Source: an uncultured delta proteobacterium (GTDB lineage: Bacteria; Myxococcota; B64-G9). From it: DNA of 64,000 nucleotides. The notes beneath the pieces are model-generated. The model saw only the letters and a program-made list of their open reading frames with translations. It was not told the DNA's origin and did no database searches. Location: contig CAVWHX010000003.1 in assembly GCA_963754925.1 (NCBI GenBank), positions 288,001 through 352,000 of the forward strand. Direction: 5' to 3'. Position 1 is the stretch's first letter, and the number at the start of each line of letters is the position of its first letter. Position numbers and translations under genes: made by a program. Below are positions 47,299 through 57,223 of this stretch, in pieces.

Positions 47299-48426
47299 TC
47301 AAATCGACATGCTATAGCGAAAAACAGTTCCTTCTTCTTCGGCGGAAGTAAAGTCTATCTTCCCGCCCAAGATTTCTTCCCCGAATAGTTTCATGGAATA
47401 GGTTCCCAGTCCTCTGCCGATTCCGGACTTTGTGCTGAAATTGCGCTGAAATATTCTTTTTGCAACGGTTGCAGGCATCGGTTTCTTGTTGTGGACACAA
47501 AAAGAGATCTTTCCCTCTACGATATCAACCCATACTTTTACTTCTTCACCTTCTTCTGTTTCTTCGAAAGCGTTGGTAATCATGTTACTGATAACTCTCA
47601 AAAATAAAGAAGCATCGGTATTAATATCAACATTCGGGAATTCGCTGGGAAGGGCCAACCTTCTATTTTTCGAAACGGGATTATTGGCAAAAATATCCTT
47701 AATATCCTGGAAAACCTGAGCCAGAGAAATGGGGCTCATCACGGGTTGGTAAACACAAGCCTCCGTTTGACAAAGACATTGTTGCATTGAAACTTCGCTA
47801 GCGAGGCGTGATGAGAGTCGGTAAACGGTCTTCGACAGATCTCTTATATCTTGTGTCGATTCTGATGAAATCAAAGTGCTCGCACTTAATATTCCGCTAA
47901 TAATGCCGTTGACGTCATGAAAGAAAACTCTTTCGAGCGCCGCGAGTCGCTGGTGATAGGTGATATCTTGCAGAAACAACAACTGATAGCGATTCGTATT
48001 GTACAGTATCGGTACGCAGCGGACTCGAAAATATACATCCTGTTTTTTTCCTGATTCTTCTGAGGTAAGAGCGCATTCTCGTTCGACGGGACGGTTTTTT
48101 GCAAGACTTGAAACTATGCTTATCGCTGCGCCGCAGGTCGAACAGAATTCACTCGTTCCGCACCCGCCCGGCATCTCATTCGAATGTATGCACTTCAAGG
48201 CTTCTCCGGGTCGAAGTCCGAAGACCTTGTCGGTATCAGTGATTCCCAACAGCATCAACAAGGAATCATTGAGAGCCACGATTTGACGATTGCTGTTCAG
48301 GACTGCCAGAAGCCCGTTGACAGAGTGCAACAATGCGTTGATGATGGCGTTATTGCCGATAAACTCTATCTCAGCCTTCAGGTTGTCGGCGCTTGAACGA
48401 TCTGGGGAGGCGAAATAGGTCTTCAT
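47299..48426 (-). CDS. Cytoplasmic sensor histidine kinase with a Cys-containing PAS-like domain
   Basis: 'RPGEAL.C.H......GCGT...C..CG', 'FFHD', 'NA.E', 'FSTK...GRGLGTY'. Confidence 0.85.
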   Translation of the reverse strand: MKTYFASPDRSSADNLKAEIEFIGNNAIINALLHSVNGLLAVLNSNRQIVALNDSLLMLLGITDTDKVFGLRPGEALKCIHSNEMPGGCGTSEFCSTCGAAISIVSSLAKNRPVERECALTSEESGKKQDVYFRVRCVPILYNTNRYQLLFLQDITYHQRLAALERVFFHDVNGIISGILSASTLISSESTQDIRDLSKTVYRLSSRLASEVSMQQCLCQTEACVYQPVMSPISLAQVFQDIKDIFANNPVSKNRRLALPSEFPNVDINTDASLFLRVISNMITNAFEETEEGEEVKVWVDIVEGKISFCVHNKKPMPATVAKRIFQRNFSTKSGIGRGLGTYSMKLFGEEILGGKIDFTSAEEEGTVFRYSMSI

Positions 48427-48668
48427 GGGGTTTCCTTTCTCCGCTGGTCAGGGGATTTCTCCAGCGATTCCCCACTGGCTGCTGCTGCACCAATCGAACG
48501 ATGTTCCAGGCTGTTGTTAACACATGAATAGTTCAAAACTATACCGTCAGTCAAGACAAGATTATATGTTTTCATGGAATAATTCTGAAAAACGTGCGCA
48601 TGGCAAACCAAGGGGGGACGAGACATCAAGCTGATTCCCGATTGCAGGGAGCTGCTGTCTCTTTTTCC

Positions 48669-48696
48669 TTGACCTGCTGAAAGTTTCAAATACCAT
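48669..48696 (+). promoter_or_regulatory. Possible sigma-70 promoter for the gcv operon
   Basis: TTGACC-N16-TACCAT, about 90 bp upstream of gcvH. Confidence 0.35.
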
Positions 48697-48788
48697 GACC
48701 CCTGATTTTGTGAAGTACTGCTGGTACTGATCACTGTGGGATAGGTATCTGATTATACGGCAGCTATCAGACGTGGAGGATCGGGAGC

Positions 48789-49178
48789 ATGAATATTCCG
48801 GCCGATCTTAAGTTCACCAAGGAGCACGAGTGGGTCCGGGTGGAAGGGAAACTGGCGACCGTGGGCATCACCGACTACGCCCAGGAGGAACTCGGCGACA
48901 TTGTCAATGTGGAGTTGCCCTCGGAGGGCGACGAGGTCCACAAGGACGAGCCGCTCGGCAATGTGGAATCGGTGAAGGCATCGAGCGAGGTGTTTGCGCC
49001 GGTAAGCGGCACCGTGGCTGAGGTCAACGAGCCGCTGATGGATGCGCCTGAAACCATCAATGAAGATCCGTTCGATGAGGGTTGGATGGTGCGCATCGAG
49101 ATGAGCAAACCCGCCGAGCTCAAGGAACTGATGGACGCCGCCGCCTACCGGGCCTATATCCAGGAAGAATCTAAGTAG
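48789..49178 (+). CDS. gcvH: Glycine cleavage system H protein
   Basis: 'HEW', 'GITDYAQ..LGD', lipoyl-Lys motif 'VESVKA', 'N.DP...GW'. Confidence 0.96.
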   Translation: MNIPADLKFTKEHEWVRVEGKLATVGITDYAQEELGDIVNVELPSEGDEVHKDEPLGNVESVKASSEVFAPVSGTVAEVNEPLMDAPETINEDPFDEGWMVRIEMSKPAELKELMDAAAYRAYIQEESK

Positions 49179-49353
49179 GTAGCTACTCAGGTAACAAGCA
49201 ATGACATTTATTAAAGCGGCGCAGATCGGCCCGGTTGGCAAGGAGAGAATGAGGATGGAAGCGGAGCAACCTATTTTGGTTGTGAGCATTCCACCGGAAT
49301 TCTCGACGCAGCCAGACGGGCCGAGGTGCGCCGCCACGTAGAAAGGTGCTTCC

Positions 49354-50700
49354 GTGCGCTACATCCCTCACACTGAGGCAGAAATCCGCCATATGCTTGA
49401 GGCGCTGGGGATGAATACGGTTGACCAGCTCTTTGCGTGTATCCCCCCTCGCCTCAGGCTCGGCCAGGAATTGGCGGTGCCTCCTGCGCTCGACGAGGAG
49501 TCGCTCATACGCACACTTTCCGCGTTGTCCGTTCGCAACAGCGGTTCGTCCGATCGCATGGCGGTGTTTCTCGGCGCTGGCGCCTACGCCCACCATATCC
49601 CCGCCGCCGTGGATCAACTACTGTTGCGGGGTGAGTTCTTTACTGCCTACACCCCGTATCAAGCCGAGGTCAGCCAAGGAACTCTGCAAGCCATCTTTGA
49701 ATACCAATCGATGATGGCCGAGCTTTTGGGCACCGATGTGGTTAACGCATCGATGTACGACGGCGCTTCAGCCACCGCCGAAGCAGTACTCATGGCGCTG
49801 CGACTCAAAAAGAAACGACGCACCATCCTTTTCGCCCGTGCGCTGCATCCCGAGGTGCGCAACACCTGCCGAACGTATCTTCGCGAGAACCACCATGCGC
49901 CGGACGATATTCCCTTTGACCCAAGCGGCCGGACCAACCTCGCTGCCCTGCGCGGGAAGCTCGATAGCGGCGTAGCCGCGGTCGTCATCCAGCAGCCGAA
50001 CGCCCTGGGTTGCATCGAGCCGCTCGATGAGATCGCAGCGATCGTTCATGAAGCCGACGCGGTGTTGGTGGCGGTGGTGCTCGAGCCGGTCTCGCTCGGA
50101 TTACTGGAAGCGCCCGGCACTCTGGGCGCCGACATCGTCACCGGCGAGGGCCTCGGGCTTTCGGTGGGATTGAACTTTGGCGGGCCGGGGTTAGGCATCT
50201 TCGGCTGTTCGAAGAAAAACTCCTGGCAGATGCCCGGCCGATTAGTCGGCGAGACCACAGACAATCGCGGCCAGCGGGCGTTCGTTCTGACCATGTCCTC
50301 CCGCGAGCAACACATCCGCCGGGCGCGGGCCACCTCAAACATTTGCTCCAATGAAGGGCTGTGCAGTTTGGCGGCGGCCATCAATCTGTCGTTGCTCGGC
50401 AAGACTGGCTTTACCGCGTTGGCCCGTGCCAATGCCGCCAACGCCCGCGCCACCCTGGCGCGCTTGATGAAGATCCCGGGAGTCGCGCGGGCCTTCTCAG
50501 CGCCATTTTTCAACGAGTTTGCGGTTCGTATCGCCGGCGGTGTGAATGCCGCCTTAAAGAAGCTCGATGCGGCGGGCATTATCAGCGGCCTGGCGCTGGA
50601 TCGTTTCTATCCGGAGCTTTCCGACTGTTTGCTGGTATGTGTGACCGAGCAACACACCCCAGAACAGATCGAGCGGTACATTGCCGCGCTGGCCGGTTGA
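49354..50700 (+). CDS. gcvPA: Glycine dehydrogenase subunit 1
   Basis: 'YTPYQAEVSQG.LQ', 'NASMYDG', 'REQHIRR..ATSNICSN'. Confidence 0.95.
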   Translation: MRYIPHTEAEIRHMLEALGMNTVDQLFACIPPRLRLGQELAVPPALDEESLIRTLSALSVRNSGSSDRMAVFLGAGAYAHHIPAAVDQLLLRGEFFTAYTPYQAEVSQGTLQAIFEYQSMMAELLGTDVVNASMYDGASATAEAVLMALRLKKKRRTILFARALHPEVRNTCRTYLRENHHAPDDIPFDPSGRTNLAALRGKLDSGVAAVVIQQPNALGCIEPLDEIAAIVHEADAVLVAVVLEPVSLGLLEAPGTLGADIVTGEGLGLSVGLNFGGPGLGIFGCSKKNSWQMPGRLVGETTDNRGQRAFVLTMSSREQHIRRARATSNICSNEGLCSLAAAINLSLLGKTGFTALARANAANARATLARLMKIPGVARAFSAPFFNEFAVRIAGGVNAALKKLDAAGIISGLALDRFYPELSDCLLVCVTEQHTPEQIERYIAALAG

Positions 50701-50709
50701 AAGGAAATC

Positions 50710-52206
50710 GTGAAAGCCGAGACTCCCAACCGTATGAGCTGCACCGGCATTTCGCATCACGAGCCGTTGATCTTCGAGCGCAGTCGCGCAGGCCGCATCG
50801 GCTGCTCGTTGCCGCCGGCCTTTGGCGATAGCATTGCCGCGGATCACGATATTCCCCCCAACCTGCGCCGCGCTCAGCCGGCCGCACTGCCCGAGGTCGA
50901 TGAGCTGACCGTCGTGCGCCACTTCACGAGACTATCAAGCTGGAACCACAGCATCGACGTCGGCATGTACCCGCTTGGCTCCTGCACCATGAAGTACAAC
51001 CCGCGCGTCAACGAGCAACTCGCGCGCCTTCCTGGTTTTGTTAAGCTGCATCCCTACGCGCCGCTACAGCACTGCCAGGGCGCGCTGCAACTTATGGAGG
51101 AGCTCGCCACCCTCTTAGCCGAAATTTCGGGTTTTGCCCGGGTGAGTTTGCAGCCGGCGGCGGGCGCCCAGGGCGAACTGACCGGCATCATGATGATCCA
51201 CGCCTACCACACGGCGGCAGGCCTACCGCGCCGCACGGTGCTCATCCCGGATACCGCCCACGGCACCAATCCGGCCTCTTCAAAGTTGGCCGGCTACGAG
51301 GTGGTCGAGATTCCCTCCGGACCAGACGGCATCCTCACCCCCGAGGCGGTGCGCCACGCCATGAACGGCGATGTGGCCGCGATTATGCTGACCAACCCCA
51401 ACACGCTGGGATTGTTCGAAAGCCATATCTGCGAGATCGCGCAAGTAGTCCATGACGGCGGTGGATTGGTCTACTGCGACGGCGCCAACCTCAATTCGAT
51501 CGTCGGACTGGCCCGACCCGGCAACATGGGGGTGGACGTGATGCAGTTCAACCTCCACAAGACCTTCGCCACCCCCCACGGCGGCGGAGGACCGGGCGCC
51601 GGGCCGGTGGGGGTAAGCGCCAGGCTGGAGCCCTTCCTGCCGGTGCCTTTGGTTGAAAAACAAGGCGACCGCTACGTCTTGGTTGAAGATCGCCCGCATT
51701 CAATAGGCCGGATGAAAAGCTTCTACGGCAACTTCGCGGTCATGGTGCGGGCGTATGCCTATATCCGGGAGTTGGGCCCGGCTGGTCTCAAGCGTGTTGC
51801 CGAAATGGCCGTGCTCAACGCCAATTATGTGCGCGCCAAGCTCGAAGGTACCTATCACCTGCCGTATGCGCGCTGTCCGATGCACGAGGTCGTTTTCTCG
51901 GACAAAAACCTAGAACCGTATGGCGTCACCACGTTAGATGTGGCCAAGCGCCTGTTAGATTACGGCTTTCACCCGCCGACCGTGTACTTTCCCCTGGTGG
52001 TGCACGGGGCGCTCATGATCGAGCCGACTGAGACCGAATCGCTCGAGACCCTCGACGAGTTCATCGCCGCCATGCTGCGCATCGCCCACGAAGCCGAGAC
52101 CGAACCCGAGACCGTCCGCACTGCGCCGCATAATACCGTGGTCGGAAGGCTGGACGAAGTCAAAGCCGCCCGCGAACCGGTGTTGCGCTGGGAACCAAAG
52201 CCGTAA
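50710..52206 (+). CDS. gcvPB: Glycine dehydrogenase subunit 2
   Basis: 'PLGSCTMKYNP', 'AHGTNPAS', PLP-Lys 'NLHKTF..PHGGGGPG', 'EPTETES'. Confidence 0.96.
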   Translation: MKAETPNRMSCTGISHHEPLIFERSRAGRIGCSLPPAFGDSIAADHDIPPNLRRAQPAALPEVDELTVVRHFTRLSSWNHSIDVGMYPLGSCTMKYNPRVNEQLARLPGFVKLHPYAPLQHCQGALQLMEELATLLAEISGFARVSLQPAAGAQGELTGIMMIHAYHTAAGLPRRTVLIPDTAHGTNPASSKLAGYEVVEIPSGPDGILTPEAVRHAMNGDVAAIMLTNPNTLGLFESHICEIAQVVHDGGGLVYCDGANLNSIVGLARPGNMGVDVMQFNLHKTFATPHGGGGPGAGPVGVSARLEPFLPVPLVEKQGDRYVLVEDRPHSIGRMKSFYGNFAVMVRAYAYIRELGPAGLKRVAEMAVLNANYVRAKLEGTYHLPYARCPMHEVVFSDKNLEPYGVTTLDVAKRLLDYGFHPPTVYFPLVVHGALMIEPTETESLETLDEFIAAMLRIAHEAETEPETVRTAPHNTVVGRLDEVKAAREPVLRWEPKP

Positions 52207-52370
52207 ATGTTTATCAACAACCGCGGAGATCCCTAAAAGAATTTCGGTCACATCGGGTGGACCTTGTGCCAGCACGGGTATCGAGGCGGCAGGGCATTTT
52301 GCCCGCTGCAACACCCTCAAAACTAAGCGTAAGCGCACCGCTTTTATAACTGCCTGGACTCGGTTAGTTA

Positions 52371-52792
52371 CTAAGCGTGCTTCTCGATGTGTTCCTTGAT
52401 TGATGATTCGACGGCGCCTAGACGACCTGCGTGATTCTCGACGATTGAAGTTGTGTAGCTAGTAGTCTGTTTTATTTCTTAACATCTTCCCTCAACCCGA
52501 TGACCTGCCCTTCAACACTGATTATGCGTCGATCCACCACGTCTAAGCGCTGGTTGACGTTTTTCTCAAACCTATTGAGTCGCTCATTGTTAAGGCTCAA
52601 ACCCTCCCCGATTGCTTTAATCGCTGGGACTTGTTCGTTTTCAATGCGTATGACTGCATGATGAATTTCATCTATGGATTCCTGCATATTTGAAATTGTT
52701 TCTCTCATATTAGCTTGTTTTGGTTTTTTCGTTCTCGATCGGGTCCTCGGTACCAAACGGCGCGCTTTGCCTGACAAGTTCTTTTTCTTCAT
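52371..52792 (-). CDS. Coiled-coil hypothetical protein, probably frameshifted near 52478
   Basis: The ORF stops at ...EDVKK*. The adjacent frame continues the heptad pattern EIKQTTSYTTSIVENHAGRLGAVESSIKEHIEKHA*. Confidence 0.45.
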
Positions 52793-53029
52793 CGAAATTC
52801 CCTTAAACGGCAAGGACGGTTAACTATCATCCGGTCGTCGGCGAGTCAATAGTCATCCACGTGGCCCTTGTAATTCAACTGGTGGCCCCGTTTTTCGGTT
52901 AGCCGAAATGTGCCGCAGGTGGAAATAAGTACCATTAAGAAACGGAGGTAATGATTCGTTATCTCTATCGCTACTCCCTATTCCTAGACAAATAAATAGA
53001 CTTTTTTCTAAGGACGATTACCGAGGCGC

Positions 53030-54121
53030 TTACGAAGCCTTCTCTTCCAACATGTTGTAGAAACAACGCAAGAACTCTGACTGGGTATCGGGATAGAGGT
53101 GCAGACTTCCGCCGCGGCAGCGCTCGTAGACCGTGCAGGCGGCACAGGCATGCTTTCGGGTCCAGGAGCGATCTCGAAATAGTTGGTATCTCTGATCCCA
53201 AACATCCCGCAACCTTTCGGACAACACAGTGCCCTGGACAAAAGCGTCACCGAGCTCAGGGCAAGCTCCTATCCGTCCATCAAAAAGGATGCCCGCCGTT
53301 GTAATACCCGCTCGGCACTGACATAAATAAGGGCGGACTTTTCCTTCGTAACCATCGCCTAAAAATCCCTCTTCGCCAAATTCAGGATTCGGCAAATACT
53401 TATCTTGTCTGCCCTGGGTGATGAAATCGAGCATCTCTCGTAGTTCAGCAGGACCAGGGATCAATTCGGGATTGGCCGCAGCTCTTCCAATGGGCATCAC
53501 CGGTGCAATGCGCCACAGGGGCACCTTGAGTTTGGCCACATGCCGACGCATGTCATCCAAGTGCTTGACGGCCGGTTTGGTCAAGGTAGAGATAATCTCC
53601 AATTTGCCTTTGAATCCTGCTTGCTGAAGATTCTTGACGGCAGACTCGACTCGTAGAGAAACTCCTTCTCCGCGATAGCGGTCGTTGATTTCCGGCGGGG
53701 CATCCATGCTGATGGAAATGGATCCAATCCCCGAATTCACTACGCGTTTGGCCATCTCCGCATCCATGACCGTACCGTTGGTCACCATCCCAAAAGGAAA
53801 CTTAAGCTTATGGAGCTCTTGGAAAATATCGAAAATCCCCGGCTTGATGAGCGGCTCGCCACCCGTTACGGCAATCATGACATCTCGAGCGTTGAAGTCC
53901 TCGGCGATTTGCCGAATGATTGAGATCCACGAGGACGCGGGTAAATCTTCTTTTATTTTTTCCGGCGCGCAGTCGCTGCCGCAATAGACACAACGTAAGT
54001 TACATCGCCTGGTAACTTCCAAAAACAAATAGGTGAGGGGGTGGGTCTTACACAACTCATCTAACGTCTGGGAATTCTGCTCCCAAATCGTATGTTCTTT
54101 GCTCTCTTTGGCCATTTTCAC
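53030..54121 (-). CDS. Radical SAM/SPASM protein (rSAM-with-lipoprotein / splicease-like)
   Basis: 'HPL..LF.E.T.RCNLRCVYCGSDC', TGGEP, 'GMVTNG', 'P.GRA', and SPASM 'CRAG...DG.I.ACP...QG...W...R...C..C.....CRGG'. Confidence 0.9.
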   Translation of the reverse strand: MKMAKESKEHTIWEQNSQTLDELCKTHPLTYLFLEVTRRCNLRCVYCGSDCAPEKIKEDLPASSWISIIRQIAEDFNARDVMIAVTGGEPLIKPGIFDIFQELHKLKFPFGMVTNGTVMDAEMAKRVVNSGIGSISISMDAPPEINDRYRGEGVSLRVESAVKNLQQAGFKGKLEIISTLTKPAVKHLDDMRRHVAKLKVPLWRIAPVMPIGRAAANPELIPGPAELREMLDFITQGRQDKYLPNPEFGEEGFLGDGYEGKVRPYLCQCRAGITTAGILFDGRIGACPELGDAFVQGTVLSERLRDVWDQRYQLFRDRSWTRKHACAACTVYERCRGGSLHLYPDTQSEFLRCFYNMLEEKAS

Positions 54122-54123
54122 AA

Positions 54124-54453
54124 CTAAATGGGCAGAGAACCATATAAGGGAACTGCAACGTTTTTGGTTTTACAGATCGGCCAACTCACAGTTCCGCCGC
54201 AGCCATCGTCGTAGGCGTTGGTCGTATCGCAATACCAATTGGCTGCTCCGTTTCGTGACTGGCATTCCGCATCGGTTGTGCATCCTTGTGGGCCATAGAG
54301 CGCTACGGGCACGCAAGGCTTGTCTGTGCCACAATTTCCCAATAGGAAACCTATACAGAACAACGCCCCTAAGGAGCCATACTTCTTCGCCATAGACTTG
54401 CATTTTTTCAGAATGATCCGCATCTTCTTTCGGTAATGGCTACTGGTTTTCAT
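54124..54453 (-). CDS. Small Cys-rich lipoprotein-like protein, putative rSAM substrate
   Basis: Basic N-terminus, hydrophobic stretch ending LLGNC, two LYG motifs and six further Cys; stop lies 2 nt from the rSAM start; RBS GGAGG. Confidence 0.8.
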   Translation of the reverse strand: MKTSSHYRKKMRIILKKCKSMAKKYGSLGALFCIGFLLGNCGTDKPCVPVALYGPQGCTTDAECQSRNGAANWYCDTTNAYDDGCGGTVSWPICKTKNVAVPLYGSLPI

Positions 54454-54747
54454 CGTAGCCTCCGTAAAAATATTTTATAACTTTATTTATACCAACATTT
54501 ACTCCCCAATGCAAGGCCTAAACTTCGTTTTGAATCCCCCAAAGTATGATTGATCCATGACCTGACTGATATCGTTGAAGCATAAAGGAATCCTAGCCCA
54601 TTCCCGTGACTCGATTATAACATCTAATTGTATAGACATGATCTTATCTTGATTGATCGTGACAAGTACTCTAAAACTAGTTGTGGTCAACATGGATTAA
54701 GGGGCTTTACTAAGTAACGTGGCAGGTATCGCAGATATGGACGCGAA

Positions 54748-55587
54748 GTGATCGGCATATTCGACTCCGGAGTAGGTGGGCTGAGCGTGTGGCGCGAGAT
54801 AACCCGCCTCGTGCCCCAGGCCAAAACAATCTACCTGGCCGATCAGATCCATGTGCCCTACGGTACTCGCTCATTGGAAGAGGTGCGTCTGTTCGCAGAA
54901 GGAATAACGCGTTTTCTCTTGGATCAGGGCGCGAATCCGATCGTCATCGCAAGCAACACGACATCGGCTGCAGCCTTACAAAACGTACGAAGTCTTTTTC
55001 CGGGGGCATCCTTTGTGGGGATGGAACCGGCTCTCAAACCTGCCATTCAGAAAACCCGGACCGGCGTCGTGGGCGTTATCGCCACCCAGGTCACCTTTCA
55101 AGGCGATCTCTTCGCAAACCTACTGGAGAAATACGCAAACAGTATCCGCGTGATCCCGCAAGCCTGCCCCGGTTTGGTCGAGGCCGTTGAGGCGGGCGCG
55201 CTCGACGCCCCCGAAACCAGGGAGCTGCTCCAAAAATACCTTTCCCCTATGCTCGCTGCCGGGATGGATCAGTTGGTGCTCGGCTGCACGCATTATCCGT
55301 TTCTGGTGCCTGCCATTGAGCGAGTCATCGGCACCGGCGTAGAAGTAATCGATCCGGCGCCGTCGGTGGCTCGCCAAACGGCCCGATTCCTGACCACGCC
55401 ACAAGCGGGACAACCTCCAGGGGCAGATTCGAAATCGCGCCAATACAAAGAAGCGCGGCATATATTCTATACCAGTGGGGACCTAACCAACTTCACCCAA
55501 ATGATTCGGCGCCTTCTGCCAACGTTTAAAGATACGATCCTTGACGTACGCGCGGTTAACTGGCAGGAAAACAAGCTCAAAGCCTAA
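54748..55587 (+). CDS. murI: Glutamate racemase (first catalytic Cys appears as Ser)
   Basis: 'IGIFDSGVGGLSV', 'PYG.RS', 'IASNT', 'LGCTHYP'. Confidence 0.9.
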   Translation: MIGIFDSGVGGLSVWREITRLVPQAKTIYLADQIHVPYGTRSLEEVRLFAEGITRFLLDQGANPIVIASNTTSAAALQNVRSLFPGASFVGMEPALKPAIQKTRTGVVGVIATQVTFQGDLFANLLEKYANSIRVIPQACPGLVEAVEAGALDAPETRELLQKYLSPMLAAGMDQLVLGCTHYPFLVPAIERVIGTGVEVIDPAPSVARQTARFLTTPQAGQPPGADSKSRQYKEARHIFYTSGDLTNFTQMIRRLLPTFKDTILDVRAVNWQENKLKA

Positions 55588-56369
55588 CCCGCTGCCATAC
55601 CGCCATCGATAGGAATGATCGCGCCGGTCAGGTAATCGGAAGCCTTGGAAGCCAGGAACACGGCCAGCGCCTTGACGTCGTCTTCCTCGCCAACGCGTCC
55701 CAGCGGAATATGCGAGAGTAAGGTATCGAGCGTTTCCTTCATCTCGGGTTTGAAAACATATCCCATCATATCGGTTTTAAAAAAACCGGGCGCGATGGCG
55801 TTGACCGATATGCGGTAGGGGGCGAGCTTTAAAGCCAGGTTTTTGGTGAGCACTTCAATGGCGGCTTTCGACGGGTTATAGGCCACGGCCGGGTGAAGCT
55901 GTTCCGAGGAGCCGCGCGAACCGAAGATCGACGAGATGTTGATGATCTTTCCCCCGCCCTGCTTCTTCATGATGGCGGCCGCCTTTTGAATGAGCACCCA
56001 AACGCCTCTCACGTTGACATCGAAGATCTTCTCCCAGCGTTCGAGCGGGAAATCGAGGGTGGGCGCTCCCCAGGTGACGCCGGCATTGTTGACCAGGATG
56101 TCGAGGCGCCCAAAGCTGTCCATGGTTGCCGTAACGAGCTTACCAATGTCTTCGGTGTTCCCCATATCGCACTTCACCGCGAGCGCCTTGACGCCGTATG
56201 CCGAGAGCTCAAGCGCCGCCTTCTGACAGCTTTCAAGCTTGCGCGAAGCGAGCATCAGATTGGCCCCGGCTTCCGCCAGTCCGGTGGCGATGAATCTCCC
56301 AATTCCCCGGCCGCCGCCGGTAACGATGGCGACCGTGCCTGAAAGATCAAACATGTTTTTTAGCTGCAT
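55584..56369 (-). CDS. SDR oxidoreductase (gluconate 5-dehydrogenase-like)
   Basis: TGGGRGIG, NNAG, YNPSK, 'VNAIAPG'. Confidence 0.9.
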   Translation of the reverse strand: MQLKNMFDLSGTVAIVTGGGRGIGRFIATGLAEAGANLMLASRKLESCQKAALELSAYGVKALAVKCDMGNTEDIGKLVTATMDSFGRLDILVNNAGVTWGAPTLDFPLERWEKIFDVNVRGVWVLIQKAAAIMKKQGGGKIINISSIFGSRGSSEQLHPAVAYNPSKAAIEVLTKNLALKLAPYRISVNAIAPGFFKTDMMGYVFKPEMKETLDTLLSHIPLGRVGEEDDVKALAVFLASKASDYLTGAIIPIDGGMAAG

Positions 56370-56521
56370 AGTCGTGTGCCTCCCGTGTCGTGTGGCTCCC
56401 GTGTAACGAGGTAGTCTCCTCAACCGATCGGACAAAAAAGATACTATTTATTGCTTCGCCCAAAGTCGAGGGTTATATGAACGCTGGTAGGTAAAAAAAC
56501 AATCCTAGGGAGTCGACGGTC

Positions 56522-57028
56522 ATGCCAGAAACGAAATACTGTCCGCTGTGCAGTCGGTTGCTTACCACCAAAAACATCAACGGCAAGGACTACCCGGCTT
56601 GTCCCTCGGAAGTTTGCACCTATGTCTTTTGGGATAACCCGGTTCCGGTGGTTGCGGCAATAATTGAATTCAAGGGGGCCGTCCTCCTCGCCCGCAACAA
56701 AGCTTGGCCTGAAAAGATGTTCGGTCTGGTGACCGGTTTTCTCGAAAAGAATGAATCGCCCAAGGACGCCATTATTCGCGAGGTCAAGGAAGAGCTCGGT
56801 CTCGATGCAACCCTCGTCGGCTTGGTCGGCATCTATTCGTTTTTCGAGAAGAACCAGTTGATCGTCGCCTACCATGTATCCGCAGCAGGCGAAATCGTCT
56901 TGGGGGATGAAATTGCCGAGACAAAATTGGTCCAGCCCGAAAAACTTCGCCCGTGGCCATTTGGCACCGGTCTGGCAGTTCGCGATTGGTTGGAAAGCCG
57001 TGGGAGCACGCGCAAGACCAATAATTGA
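56522..57028 (+). CDS. NUDIX hydrolase with an N-terminal zinc ribbon
   Basis: CPLC...C...C, Nudix box 'GFLE.NES...AI.REV.EELG'. Confidence 0.9.
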   Translation: MPETKYCPLCSRLLTTKNINGKDYPACPSEVCTYVFWDNPVPVVAAIIEFKGAVLLARNKAWPEKMFGLVTGFLEKNESPKDAIIREVKEELGLDATLVGLVGIYSFFEKNQLIVAYHVSAAGEIVLGDEIAETKLVQPEKLRPWPFGTGLAVRDWLESRGSTRKTNN

Positions 57029-57223
57029 CTCTATCCGGTAAAATATGTAAATCTATGTGATAGGCGGTGGGGTTTTAGACTGAAGATCAGTCAAATTCCA
57101 TATTGTTATCAGCCGAGCAATAGGTTGAAAGGGGACGGGCCTCATCATGTAAGCCATTTCTCGTTGGATACCAGTGCCCATCTCTCAAACGTTGTGTTTT
57201 TCTTTAATCGCGGGAGTACGTAC

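Noticed and set aside
49201..49341. 46-aa ORF between gcvH and gcvPA
   Set aside because: No clear RBS or recognisable motif.
48430..49353. Glycine riboswitch upstream of gcvH or gcvPA
   Set aside because: The conserved GGAGA...CCGAAG...CTCTCAGG elements are not present in the right order; an Rfam scan would settle it.
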